IMG/VR virus record: IMGVR_UViG_3300025410_000014
Length of the DNA: 64,000 nucleotides
Strand: one strand, 5' to 3'
Source: an uncultured virus (IMG/VR IMGVR_UViG_3300025410_000014)
Taxonomy: Duplodnaviria > Heunggongvirae > Uroviricota > Caudoviricetes
Shown piece after piece: positions 38,563 through 47,222 of this stretch. Numbering within the stretch: position 1 is the first letter of the stretch; every line of letters begins with the position of its first letter. The notes beneath the pieces are model-generated. The model was not told the DNA's origin. It saw only the letters and a program-made list of their open reading frames with translations, and made no database searches. The position numbers and the translations under genes are program-made.

Positions 38563-39512
38563 TAAATCCCACCCCCAATGTACATATGTCTAGGTACAAA
38601 TCGAATAGCGGATTTATCATGATCTTCTTGGGCGGCTAATGTCCAAGCTTCATCATATTGTTGTTTTAGGACAGGTAATCTGTCCATTGCATTTGGTAGT
38701 TTTAATGCCATGTAATAGGCTAATCCAGCTACCATGCAAGTAATAAATCTGAATGGTATGTCCATAACATTTACACCGCCCCCAGCATCTTGCATACGGC
38801 GCATACGCCAGTAAACAAATTGATAGGTAGTAGACCCGTCAGGTGTTGGCCAAACGGTTATACAAGGCTTTTGGGAAAGAGTTATAGGGGAGGCTATGTT
38901 ATGGGATGCTGCAGTGGTATTCCGTTGCCCACGGTTGCAATTTAGCAAATAAGCGGGGTTACCATTAGCAGCTACTTGAACTTCATTGAACCCAATTAGC
39001 TCTGAATCAATTGTAATAAACCCAGCATTTGGTATACCAACAAGTGAAGTTACTGGGATTGTAGTATCTGTTGCGCCAATAGCTGCATACAAATAACTAC
39101 CTGTTAAGGAATCTTGGGCTGTTAATCTTTGAACCCAAACTTGAATTGGCCTTGCTTGGGTTAATTTGTTTGGAATAGTCGCATAGGTAGAAACACTAAT
39201 ACGAGTAATAGTTAGATCGGATTGGTTACTTACGGAGTTAGCATTTGTGCGAACCACATGCTCAAGCAAATCAACCGTATCGTCTGGCAATGCATAGGTA
39301 TTCTGACCTTGAACAAGAGGAATATAGTCTTGCTCAAATGTCCACATATTAATGCCACGATTAGCCCAATCAGCAAACAACAAATTTAAAGACCGTCTAG
39401 CAGTCTTTATGTTGTATCCTGATCTAGATTCTGAACCGCAGCGCTCATACGCCTCCTCGACTATTTCGGTGAGGTCTAGATTGAACCCTGAAACTCCAGA
39501 TGTCTGTGCCAT
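38562..39512 (-). CDS. Head-tail connector/closure protein
   Basis: EEAYERCG, ARRSLNLL..WANRG, AGLAYY; contains insert domain. Confidence 0.65.
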   Translation of the reverse strand: MAQTSGVSGFNLDLTEIVEEAYERCGSESRSGYNIKTARRSLNLLFADWANRGINMWTFEQDYIPLVQGQNTYALPDDTVDLLEHVVRTNANSVSNQSDLTITRISVSTYATIPNKLTQARPIQVWVQRLTAQDSLTGSYLYAAIGATDTTIPVTSLVGIPNAGFITIDSELIGFNEVQVAANGNPAYLLNCNRGQRNTTAASHNIASPITLSQKPCITVWPTPDGSTTYQFVYWRMRRMQDAGGGVNVMDIPFRFITCMVAGLAYYMALKLPNAMDRLPVLKQQYDEAWTLAAQEDHDKSAIRFVPRHMYIGGGI

Positions 39513-39745
39513 TATCTAAACCCTGCGGTTTTCTTTGCAATTGTTTTTGGCTGGGCAACAAACTGTTTGCCAGCCGCTTTACCTTTACGCTTTGCTTTTG
39601 TCGTTGCAGCATATTCTGCTGGAGTCAACGACTTGATTGCTTTCTCAGGAAGATACCGCTCACCAGTCTTACTCGATGGTTTTCCACTTTTGGTGCGCCA
39701 TTTTTGATCACCCCAATCTTTTAAAGATTGTTGCGGGTTTTTCAT
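39512..39745 (-). CDS. Small basic conserved phage protein (DUF5872-like)
   Basis: QQSLKDW..QKWRTKSGK...ERYLP; family label from memory. Confidence 0.6.
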   Translation of the reverse strand: MKNPQQSLKDWGDQKWRTKSGKPSSKTGERYLPEKAIKSLTPAEYAATTKAKRKGKAAGKQFVAQPKTIAKKTAGFR

Positions 39746-40029
39746 TTATAGCCCCCACCTTTAGCCTTATAAGATTTAGCCAGCAGTTGTGCTTTACGAG
39801 CAGACCATTGACCAGCTCCTGTGCCTTGCACGGCTCTAGACTTGATGGACTCAAACAAAGACTTGCGCATACCGGGTTTGGTGTACGCATTTGCTTCATT
39901 TACTTTTGACTTGACCTTGCCGCCTTTTTTGTACATGGCGACATCATTCGGATTATCTTTTCGTTTGATAATCTTTTTACCCGGCATCTTAGACGGGTTG
40001 ATGTCGCCCATACCACGGCTGGACATCAT
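39742..40029 (-). CDS. Small basic phage protein
   Basis: SRGMGDINPSKMP, YKKGGKV, GQWSARKAQ...GGGYK. Confidence 0.7.
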   Translation of the reverse strand: MMSSRGMGDINPSKMPGKKIIKRKDNPNDVAMYKKGGKVKSKVNEANAYTKPGMRKSLFESIKSRAVQGTGAGQWSARKAQLLAKSYKAKGGGYK

Positions 40030-40418
40030 TTCATATGCCCTTTAGTGTGACCACGCTCGCAGCAACCATCTGCTCTTGAAGAGGCAGAACTTTTAGCAAC
40101 GCCGCCTTTAGCCATAGATTTACGGTACATAACGGCAGCATCACCGCCAGTTTCGGAACCATAGAATCCATTTTTCTTCCAGTTAGCGGGTTGTTTACGA
40201 TCCAAGCCTTGTTGTTTATTAAGGTAATCACGCAAACTTAAACCAGAAGCAGCTAGCTGTTCTTTGGTAACAATTGGGGCTTTCTTTTTAACAGGAGCAG
40301 CTTCCATTTTTTGTGGAGCTTCATCTGTTACATTGCGTTGTTCCGTATCGTGCATATACGATTCGTTGTCAACGTCACCGCCTTCCTCGTATCGTTTGGC
40401 TTTTTTATGCTTTGCCAT
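40026..40418 (-). CDS. Small virion protein
   Basis: AAGGA RBS; YEEGG, MAKGG, SASSRADGC..RGHTKG. Confidence 0.7.
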   Translation of the reverse strand: MAKHKKAKRYEEGGDVDNESYMHDTEQRNVTDEAPQKMEAAPVKKKAPIVTKEQLAASGLSLRDYLNKQQGLDRKQPANWKKNGFYGSETGGDAAVMYRKSMAKGGVAKSSASSRADGCCERGHTKGHMK

Positions 40419-40428
40419 GATAGTTTCC

Positions 40429-40632
40429 TTATTTGGATTCTTGATGCTTGTGCAAATGTTCTACGATTTCATGGTGCTTGTGGTGTCCAGCAGCATGTTT
40501 ACCATAGTGATGGTGGTGATGAACATGTCCGCCTGCATGATGTTCTTTCATGTGGTGAACGTGATGTTTATGCTCATGGGGATGCTCATGTCCAGCGGGA
40601 TGAATATGCTTTTCGTGCTCTGGGTGTTTCAT
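40429..40632 (-). CDS. Histidine-rich small protein (67 aa, 28 His)
   Basis: AAGGAG RBS before MKHPEH; fills gap between neighbours exactly. Confidence 0.75.
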   Translation of the reverse strand: MKHPEHEKHIHPAGHEHPHEHKHHVHHMKEHHAGGHVHHHHHYGKHAAGHHKHHEIVEHLHKHQESK

Positions 40633-40642
40633 GACTAACTCC

Positions 40643-41191
40643 TTATTTCTTATGACGAGCCATACCACCACGTTTCATGGCTGGGCCTTTGACGTTATAT
40701 AAACCGCCATTACCAATGTCGTTACCCTTCATTTTGGGCATCATGGCTTTGGTATGACCACGCTCTTGAACACTATGTTCGCCATGCTTTTTAATTCCGC
40801 CTTCTTTGACAGAACCCATCTTAGCTGTGGTCATGCCACGTTTTTCTTCAACGCCATGTTTGCCAGTAAGACCGCCAGAAGCCATCTTTTTAATATGGCC
40901 GCCATGCTTAATACCGCCTCCTGTTGGCTTACCTGTTTTTGGTTCTTTTGGCACAGGAATCAAATTCTCGGCCATACCACCCATCGCCATTTTTAAATGA
41001 TGATGAGCCATCTTCATATGATGTGCGTGTTTATCGTGTGCCATATCTCCACCTCTTGAAAAATGTTTGCCTTTATCGGCGTTGCTAAAATCTTGTCCCA
41101 CTTTTTGTGGAACCCCTACCTTCTTTGCAAACGCCTTGTTATGGGCAATTGCTTCCATAAAGTTGTGCTGTTTCTTGCTGGTACTTGGCAT
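40643..41191 (-). CDS. Basic K/H/G-rich virion protein
   Basis: MPSTSKKQHNFM start; several xxGG motifs. Confidence 0.7.
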   Translation of the reverse strand: MPSTSKKQHNFMEAIAHNKAFAKKVGVPQKVGQDFSNADKGKHFSRGGDMAHDKHAHHMKMAHHHLKMAMGGMAENLIPVPKEPKTGKPTGGGIKHGGHIKKMASGGLTGKHGVEEKRGMTTAKMGSVKEGGIKKHGEHSVQERGHTKAMMPKMKGNDIGNGGLYNVKGPAMKRGGMARHKK

Positions 41192-41192
41192 A

Positions 41193-41483
41193 TTAAACCA
41201 TCTTTCCCTTAGTCAGTCCACGAATTGCGCATCCATCAGCACAATTCCAAGCCCGTAGGCTTTTGTTAATCCGACTGTTTGGATCGTTTGCTGTCTTTGA
41301 TGAGGTCAACTTTTTCTTCATCCCCGACATTCGTGCGCAAAAAGACTTCTTCCTTGATCCGCCCTCGGGTTGGGGAGGCTTTAAATTCATCCCCTCCTTC
41401 TTTGCGGATGCCCGACCCTTGGCGTTTAAGCCTCCGTTCGGATTCTTCCCTTCTTTGCGTTGCCATGCTGGAGACTTTGCCAT
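41193..41483 (-). CDS. Small basic conserved phage protein (DUF6321-like)
   Basis: AWQRKEGKNP.GGLNAKGR, RKKSFCARM, SLRAWNC; family label from memory. Confidence 0.65.
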   Translation of the reverse strand: MAKSPAWQRKEGKNPNGGLNAKGRASAKKEGMNLKPPQPEGGSRKKSFCARMSGMKKKLTSSKTANDPNSRINKSLRAWNCADGCAIRGLTKGKMV

Positions 41484-41485
41484 GA

Positions 41486-42256
41486 TTAACCATTCAAAAT
41501 CAAATAGCCCTCTTGCGAAACCGTTAAGGCCGCAGTACCGGTACTGGCTTTTGCTTGCAATTGGATGTCCGTTTTTTCCGCCACAGCTCTGGGCATGACC
41601 CGTTGCGTATGGTAGTTGTTTGTAAACGGAGCAATGATCGTAACAGTGGATACACCATTAGTGGTTTGATAGTTTTGATACGTTGCGTAACCAGCAGGGT
41701 TAGCATTCAAGCTAGTATTGATGTCAATACGGCTTAAATAGAACGTATAGCCCGCAGGGACGGTATAGATGCCCATCAAAGTGCGACCGTTGCCAGCTAA
41801 AATTTCTGCATACAACGTAGTGTCAGTTGTATCTTTTAGCGTGATGTTTCCTGTAGGTGCACCGCCCGTTACTGACATACTGTTGATACGGAAGTACGAT
41901 TTCACTGTAGTCACAGCAGTCGTTCCGTTCAACTTTATAGTTTCAGAAATTTGGTTATAGTTTGCATCCAGCCCATTGATAAGAACAAACGTATTTGTTT
42001 TGTCATCGCCACTGTTAACAGAACTAGCAACGTGCATTTGAATTGCAGACGATGGAAAAGTGTAGGTGGTATTGCCTTCCCACACAGGAACAAACGATGT
42101 GCCTACTGCTGATTGATAGCCATAAATGTTCAGGACACTATGTCCGTAAATTTGGCCACGCGCAACCTGTAAATCAAACGGTTCGTAAAGCGCTTGTCTT
42201 GTAATTGAATTAACGATATTGCCCGTGCTGGGTACACCATTTGGACTTTGTGCCAT
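41486..42256 (-). CDS. Virion structural protein
   Basis: AAGGAG RBS; LQVARGQI, GLDANY, IYTVPAGYT, EKTDI. Confidence 0.7.
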   Translation of the reverse strand: MAQSPNGVPSTGNIVNSITRQALYEPFDLQVARGQIYGHSVLNIYGYQSAVGTSFVPVWEGNTTYTFPSSAIQMHVASSVNSGDDKTNTFVLINGLDANYNQISETIKLNGTTAVTTVKSYFRINSMSVTGGAPTGNITLKDTTDTTLYAEILAGNGRTLMGIYTVPAGYTFYLSRIDINTSLNANPAGYATYQNYQTTNGVSTVTIIAPFTNNYHTQRVMPRAVAEKTDIQLQAKASTGTAALTVSQEGYLILNG

Positions 42257-42279
42257 GAATAATCTCCTTAATTAAAGAC

Positions 42280-42295
42280 GGGGGCCGAAGCCCCC
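42280..42295 (-). terminator. cUUCGg hairpin, probable weak terminator
   Basis: GGGGGC-TTCG-GCCCCC on - strand just after stop of 42302-43018; short U tract. Confidence 0.55.
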
Positions 42296-42301
42296 AGAAG
42301 A

Positions 42302-43018
42302 TCAGTCAAAGTTACCGTAGGGGTAAGTTGTCAAGTTACCGATGTTCGGATCGTTCTGTGCGTAGCGCATTGTAAAGTTGAACTTACCGCCAGTAGGAGC
42401 CGCAACACTTGTACCAGTAATGGACAATGTGAACACAACTTGTGAGAAGAAACTAGGCTGTGTACCAACTTGGGGGTTTTGAATATCCGAAGTTGTGGCA
42501 GTCATGTTCAACAAATTTGTGCCAGTGAAAGTGATGGTTTGACGACCAGCAGTACCCACTGTGGTTGTGCCAAGAGCAGCAGTAGCGTAAACAGGTGTTC
42601 CGCCACCAGCAGTGTAGTTGTTAGAAACAAACACGCTTACATTGCTCAATGTTGCGCCGCCCTCGCCAGTAATGGCAGAGATGTAATCAATATCAAAAGT
42701 AATGATCTGGCTATTGATAGGCACATACATTACCACGCCACGATATACTTGAGTAGATGTATCAGCAGGTAGAGTCTGTACTGTTGGGCCAGTAGTTAGA
42801 AAAGTAGAACTAGGTGTATATACAACACCTTGCAAATTGGGGATGGTATTGGAAGAAACAAACTGTCCTGAACCACCGCTGTAACCAACAGTGCCAACAG
42901 TTGTGTTTGATAAATCAATATAGCAGTCTTGCTCTAAAACTGTATATCCAATATCTCTAAGAGGGCCAAAACGCTGGTCACCAGATATGATTGGCCCATC
43001 AAAAGTACTACGTCCCAT
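42302..43018 (-). CDS. Virion protein (possible head decoration protein)
   Basis: MGRSTFDGPI start; beta-rich; first structural gene after capsid region. Confidence 0.65.
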   Translation of the reverse strand: MGRSTFDGPIISGDQRFGPLRDIGYTVLEQDCYIDLSNTTVGTVGYSGGSGQFVSSNTIPNLQGVVYTPSSTFLTTGPTVQTLPADTSTQVYRGVVMYVPINSQIITFDIDYISAITGEGGATLSNVSVFVSNNYTAGGGTPVYATAALGTTTVGTAGRQTITFTGTNLLNMTATTSDIQNPQVGTQPSFFSQVVFTLSITGTSVAAPTGGKFNFTMRYAQNDPNIGNLTTYPYGNFD

Positions 43019-43029
43019 GATAATTCCTT

Positions 43030-43100
43030 ATGCAAAAGTCTCTTGTTAATCGTTGCATCGTGACCCCTGGGCGGGCTGGCAACAAGAGAAAAAATCCCAG
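43030..43100 (-). ncRNA. Structured RNA (double pseudoknot), candidate Mu-gpT downstream element
   Basis: Three interleaved perfect pairings: CTGGG/CCCAG, TCTCTTGTT/AACAAGAGA, ATGCAA/TTGCAT. Confidence 0.55.
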
Positions 43101-43109
43101 ACAGCCTTC

Positions 43110-43137
43110 AATATACACTATTCCTTGGGCGTGTCAA
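43110..43137 (-). promoter_or_regulatory. Sigma70-type promoter for RNA element and downstream virion genes
   Basis: TTGACA (43137-43132), 16 nt, TATATT (43115-43110). Confidence 0.55.
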
Positions 43138-43858
43138 GAAGTTTTTTGTTATTTCTTGCGGCCATCATTTTTGCCTTCCAAACTGGGTCAGCCCATAGTG
43201 CTTTAGCTGCGGCTTTCTTAGCGGCTTTAACCTCTTCACGGTTAGCAATTTCTTTGTTGTTCGCAGTTTGTTTAGCAGCATAATCAGGGTCAGCCCACTG
43301 AGCTTTAGCTTGCGCACTGGTTTTAGCTTTGGACTCTTCTGTATTGCGGGCTTCCTTAATGTTTTTAGCCAGTGTGTTCCCTTGTGCTTCCCACATCTTT
43401 TTAGAATTAACCGACTTGGATTCAAGCGCTTCTGGGGTGTTTTGCGCTTTAGTTTGCCCTGCAATTACTTTGGCACGGTATTCTGGATCTTGCCAATGTT
43501 CTTTAGTAAATCTACCATCAGCGGCTTTTTGTTCCTCTGATTTAATATACCCACTTGGGCCTTCGCCACCATCAGTTAAATTAAATAATGTTCCTGTTTT
43601 TAAATCTCGCCGCCCGTACAGTTTGATGAGTTCCATTTCTTTGGCAAAGGCTTCTCCTTCATTTTCAGTTTCAAATACGCGCTCACAAACAGCAACAAAG
43701 TTGCGTTGCTTTAAATGTGAAATAAAGTCTTGAAATGGTTTGTTATGAGACCCCCTAGACCAATGCGATAAGTCACGATCTCCTGTACCTTTACCTACGT
43801 ATACAGGCTGGCCTAGTTTAAGAGGGCGGGGATCACGGTAAACATAAACATAAAACAT
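43118..43858 (-). CDS. GIY-YIG (LEM-3-like) homing endonuclease-type protein
   Basis: FYVYVYRDP...VYVGKGTGDR, EAFAKEMELI, NLTDGGEG; C-terminal repeated xxW.DP helices. Confidence 0.85.
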   Translation of the reverse strand: MFYVYVYRDPRPLKLGQPVYVGKGTGDRDLSHWSRGSHNKPFQDFISHLKQRNFVAVCERVFETENEGEAFAKEMELIKLYGRRDLKTGTLFNLTDGGEGPSGYIKSEEQKAADGRFTKEHWQDPEYRAKVIAGQTKAQNTPEALESKSVNSKKMWEAQGNTLAKNIKEARNTEESKAKTSAQAKAQWADPDYAAKQTANNKEIANREEVKAAKKAAAKALWADPVWKAKMMAARNNKKLLDTPKE

Positions 43859-43882
43859 AGTTAACTCCTTTTAGAAGCTTTA

Positions 43883-43911
43883 ACTATATATCAATGGATG
43901 GCGATTGTCAA
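43883..43911 (-). promoter_or_regulatory. Sigma70-type promoter of the GIY-YIG gene
   Basis: TTGACA (43911-43906), 17 nt, TATAGT (43888-43883), then AAGGAG RBS. Confidence 0.75.
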
Positions 43912-43991
43912 ATATATTTTCTAAATACTTTTCGAAAACAAGTTACGATACGGGTAACGCATAACGAGATAATAAGTACAATACGCCCAAT

Positions 43992-44016
43992 AAAAAAGGC
44001 CCCGAAAGGCCTTTTT
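43992..44016 (-). terminator. Intrinsic terminator after major capsid gene
   Basis: AAAAAGGCC-TTTCGG-GGCCTTTTTT on - strand. Confidence 0.8.
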
Positions 44017-44038
44017 AAAGGTTAAAACTAATACTAAA

Positions 44039-44941
44039 TTAGTAAGAACCGTAGATTCCGAGAGGATCGGAATAGCCGAAGCTGTAACGCTCACGAGCTT
44101 TATAACGTACGTTACCCGTATCAAAATCACCATCCATTGAGTTTTGCAATGGTGTACGCTCGAAGTGTTTCATACCATTTGGTACGTCAGTAGTCAAGAA
44201 CCATGCATTAGGTGCTGTCAAGAAGTGGTTGACAGTATAGCCTTCAGGCACTGAACCATTGTTCTTTAGAGCGTTAATGTCATTGTTGTTTGTACCAACA
44301 CGCAATTCTGTATCAAGCAAACGGGTTGCAACGAACATCAATGCTGGAGGAACAATCAACTTCTTGGGTCTAGCAGCGATCAAAAGGCCACGCTCGTCTG
44401 TCCAAGCAGCGATCTGAATAACAGCATTTTCCAACGCAGTTTCATTCAAATCAGCAGGGGTAGAAGGAGTATTAGCATTTGTACCGCCGTTCACTAGGGG
44501 GTGAGCCGTAGAGAACAAAGACACGCCGTCACCACCAGTATAAGTAGCGTTAAAGCCGTTATTTAAAACAGCCGCTGCTTTAACTTGCTTGGTGTAAGCC
44601 ATAGCACGGGCCAAGCCTTTGGTATAGCGAGCAGATAGAGAGTCATAGAGGTTGTCCTCAATAGCCTCTTCTGTCAAGCTAAAGCCAAGAGCGATAGTCT
44701 CGTGGTTATAGCGAGCTGTCCATGCTTCCTGCGCATTGTCGTAGGAGATGGCAGTGCCCTCACCCTTAACTGGTGCTGCTGAGAAGCCAGACAATTTGGT
44801 TTCTTCTTCAAAAGAACGCTCAGAGGTCTCTGTCTCATAGATCTCTTTGTGTTCTTCGCCGTAGCGAGCGTACTCTAGACCGAACAAAGCGTTCAAACCT
44901 GGGAGCAACTCTTTCAATAGTTGTGCACGTGAAATAGCCAT
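44039..44941 (-). CDS. Major capsid protein (Mu gpT-like family)
   Basis: MAISRAQLLKELLPGLNALFG, SERSFEEE, PKKLIVP, GDFDTGNVRYKARERYSFG; follows scaffold region. Confidence 0.9.
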   Translation of the reverse strand: MAISRAQLLKELLPGLNALFGLEYARYGEEHKEIYETETSERSFEEETKLSGFSAAPVKGEGTAISYDNAQEAWTARYNHETIALGFSLTEEAIEDNLYDSLSARYTKGLARAMAYTKQVKAAAVLNNGFNATYTGGDGVSLFSTAHPLVNGGTNANTPSTPADLNETALENAVIQIAAWTDERGLLIAARPKKLIVPPALMFVATRLLDTELRVGTNNNDINALKNNGSVPEGYTVNHFLTAPNAWFLTTDVPNGMKHFERTPLQNSMDGDFDTGNVRYKARERYSFGYSDPLGIYGSY

Positions 44942-44956
44942 TTGTTAGCTCCTTAA

Positions 44957-45823
44957 TTAAACGCCAGCAGTGTTGGTCATACCTTGGAATGTTGCATTCC
45001 ATGTAACCAAAACTTCGGGATAGCCAATGAAAGTTACTGCTGTGCCAGAAGCAAGAGTAACAGCGCTGCTTACAGTCACGGTTGTACCATTCACGTTAGT
45101 AACAGAAATATAGTTACCTTGTGCTGAACCTGTGCCTGTGGGAGCAATCAACTGCATACCAGGTTGGATTGCAGAGTTTGAAGCAGTCAATGTCACAGTT
45201 GTGCTTGAACCAGAAGTAGAAGCAGTGGCTGAAACGCTAACGGCTGTATCAGGAACGATACCAACGCAACGGAAGGGTAGTGCTGAAGCAATACGAGTAT
45301 TACCAGAAGTACCAGAGCTAATAACAGCACCAGAGACAGCCATTGCTGAGTCACCAGTAGTGGTGTTACCTGCTGTACCTGTGACGGCATAGAGGTTAGA
45401 ACCAATAAAGGTTGCGTTAGCATAGCCAACTGTAGAAGCTGTATTGCTCAAAGATGTACCTTGGGCAACCATCACTGCTTTAAACACTGTACGTGGATCG
45501 TCAACGACATAACCAACTGCGTAGTTAGACACAGTATTGGCAGGCCAGTATTGACCACGAACGATTTGGCTGGATGAATTGGTATATTCAGCGCCAAGGA
45601 AAATGCCTAATGTACCTGCAACAGCAGTTCCAGGAGAAGAGGCAGCAGACATGGTAGTGGTAACAATAGTACCACCAGAGAGTTGAACAATGTCACCATT
45701 GAACAAAGACGTGCTATAGGCACTGGCAATGGGATACATGCGGGTTGACCCTGCGTAGGGCAATCCACCGAACTCACTGACAGGCTTAAACCCGTAAGGT
45801 GCGGGAATGATTGGATAAGCCAT
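44957..45823 (-). CDS. Capsid cement/minor capsid protein
   Basis: APYGFKPV, LFNGDIV, VDDP; immediately upstream of capsid gene. Confidence 0.65.
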   Translation of the reverse strand: MAYPIIPAPYGFKPVSEFGGLPYAGSTRMYPIASAYSTSLFNGDIVQLSGGTIVTTTMSAASSPGTAVAGTLGIFLGAEYTNSSSQIVRGQYWPANTVSNYAVGYVVDDPRTVFKAVMVAQGTSLSNTASTVGYANATFIGSNLYAVTGTAGNTTTGDSAMAVSGAVISSGTSGNTRIASALPFRCVGIVPDTAVSVSATASTSGSSTTVTLTASNSAIQPGMQLIAPTGTGSAQGNYISVTNVNGTTVTVSSAVTLASGTAVTFIGYPEVLVTWNATFQGMTNTAGV

Positions 45824-45842
45824 TTAGGACTCCTGATTAAAT

Positions 45843-46292
45843 TTAAATACCTTTTCCAAAGGACGTGGAAGACTTTCTCTCTTTAAAGATAGGCATTCTT
45901 GGGTCACTTTGACGCATTAAATTGTTATCTACAGCTTCCGTCTGAGCTTGTGTTTGTTTAGCGTAATATTCATCACGCTGCTCAATAAACTCTTCAGGAG
46001 TTTTGCAAAGTAACAATCCGCCTATTTCAATGTTGTCTTTATAACGACTTTGAGGGTCGGCTAACAGTCTAAATTTGGGTTGTTCCTCAAGCGCAACAGG
46101 CTCCCAACCTTCACGAATCTTTGAAGAAAGATTACGAGGATCAGAAGTATTAAGCGTTGAGACACGAATCCAACGGTATGCAAATCCGGGCTGCTTGTCT
46201 GGCTCGGGTAGCAATTCGGGCTGCGACCACTGCTTTGGACGCTCCACAACCGCACGTGTTTCTAGTTCTCTTGTCAATCTATTTTCAGCCAT
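45843..46292 (-). CDS. Conserved head-morphogenesis protein
   Basis: YRWIR, REGWEPV, IGGLLLCK. Confidence 0.7.
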   Translation of the reverse strand: MAENRLTRELETRAVVERPKQWSQPELLPEPDKQPGFAYRWIRVSTLNTSDPRNLSSKIREGWEPVALEEQPKFRLLADPQSRYKDNIEIGGLLLCKTPEEFIEQRDEYYAKQTQAQTEAVDNNLMRQSDPRMPIFKERKSSTSFGKGI

Positions 46293-47211
46293 TTTGGGAC
46301 TCCAGTTTTAGTGCTTCTCTAGCATATTGTTCGGGGGTTAAGCCTAGTTTTTTAGCAATGCTTACTTGACTAGTTCTAAGCTTTATCTTGTTTGAAGATG
46401 TGCTTCTAACCGCAGGAGCAACTACAGTGCTAGGTTTAGCACGGGTCGGTTCGGGTTTTTCTTCTTCGAAGTTTTCCGCAAACCTTTTGCGCATTGTTTT
46501 GTCTAATGTCGCATAGTATTCATCAGATCCAACTACCACACCATTGCGTTTGAGCTTTTCGTGTAAGCCTAAAGCAGCGGCAGTCATCTCCTCATCTTGT
46601 CCAAACCATTGATTGCGTTCTTGCCACGCCATCGCTCTTTGGTCTGGTTTAGGAGGTTGTTGAACCTGCTGTTGTTGAGGTTGTACTTCAATTTCAGGTT
46701 CTTGTAAAGTAGGTTTGTAGTTTTTTGCCTGCATTATGCGCAAATTAGCGACTTGCATGGCTTGTTGGGCTTCAATAATGGCATCTGTATCACCAGCGTC
46801 ATAGGCTTCTTTATAAGCCTTTTTCGCCATTTCCAGCTCCATATTTGCCGCATTTTGCACAGTTGAGACGTATTCTTTCTCGCCTGACGACAATAAACCT
46901 TTCATCCGTTTATTTTCATCTAGCAAACGTCTAGCCAATGTTAAAGCCTCTTGTTGCTCACGTAATGCAGATTCTTTTTCACGGCGCTCATCGTGCCAAA
47001 CCTTACGCATTTGTTTGAGTTTGACCTTGACATTCTCATCATAAGAATCAAGTTCGTCTTTCTCTAGCTCTTCAACTAGAGGTCTTGGTAGTGGTGTCTT
47101 TCCACGATCTTCGGTTGGGGTATCGTCCTCGATTTCAATACTGATATCGTTTTCAGGACTATCTTCAACTTCATCGGGAAATTTAAATTCTTGTTTTTCA
47201 AATTCAGGCAT
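46285..47211 (-). CDS. Capsid scaffolding protein
   Basis: Acidic N-terminus, long coiled coil, N.WFG, C-terminal IAKKLGLTPEQYA. Confidence 0.7.
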   Translation of the reverse strand: MPEFEKQEFKFPDEVEDSPENDISIEIEDDTPTEDRGKTPLPRPLVEELEKDELDSYDENVKVKLKQMRKVWHDERREKESALREQQEALTLARRLLDENKRMKGLLSSGEKEYVSTVQNAANMELEMAKKAYKEAYDAGDTDAIIEAQQAMQVANLRIMQAKNYKPTLQEPEIEVQPQQQQVQQPPKPDQRAMAWQERNQWFGQDEEMTAAALGLHEKLKRNGVVVGSDEYYATLDKTMRKRFAENFEEEKPEPTRAKPSTVVAPAVRSTSSNKIKLRTSQVSIAKKLGLTPEQYAREALKLESQNG

Positions 47212-47222
47212 TTTGTACTCCT

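Noticed and set aside
43030..43100. Pseudoknot as an HDV-like ribozyme
   Set aside because: The first two stems have a similar order, but I could not build convincing P3 and P4 helices, and the third pairing does not belong to that fold.
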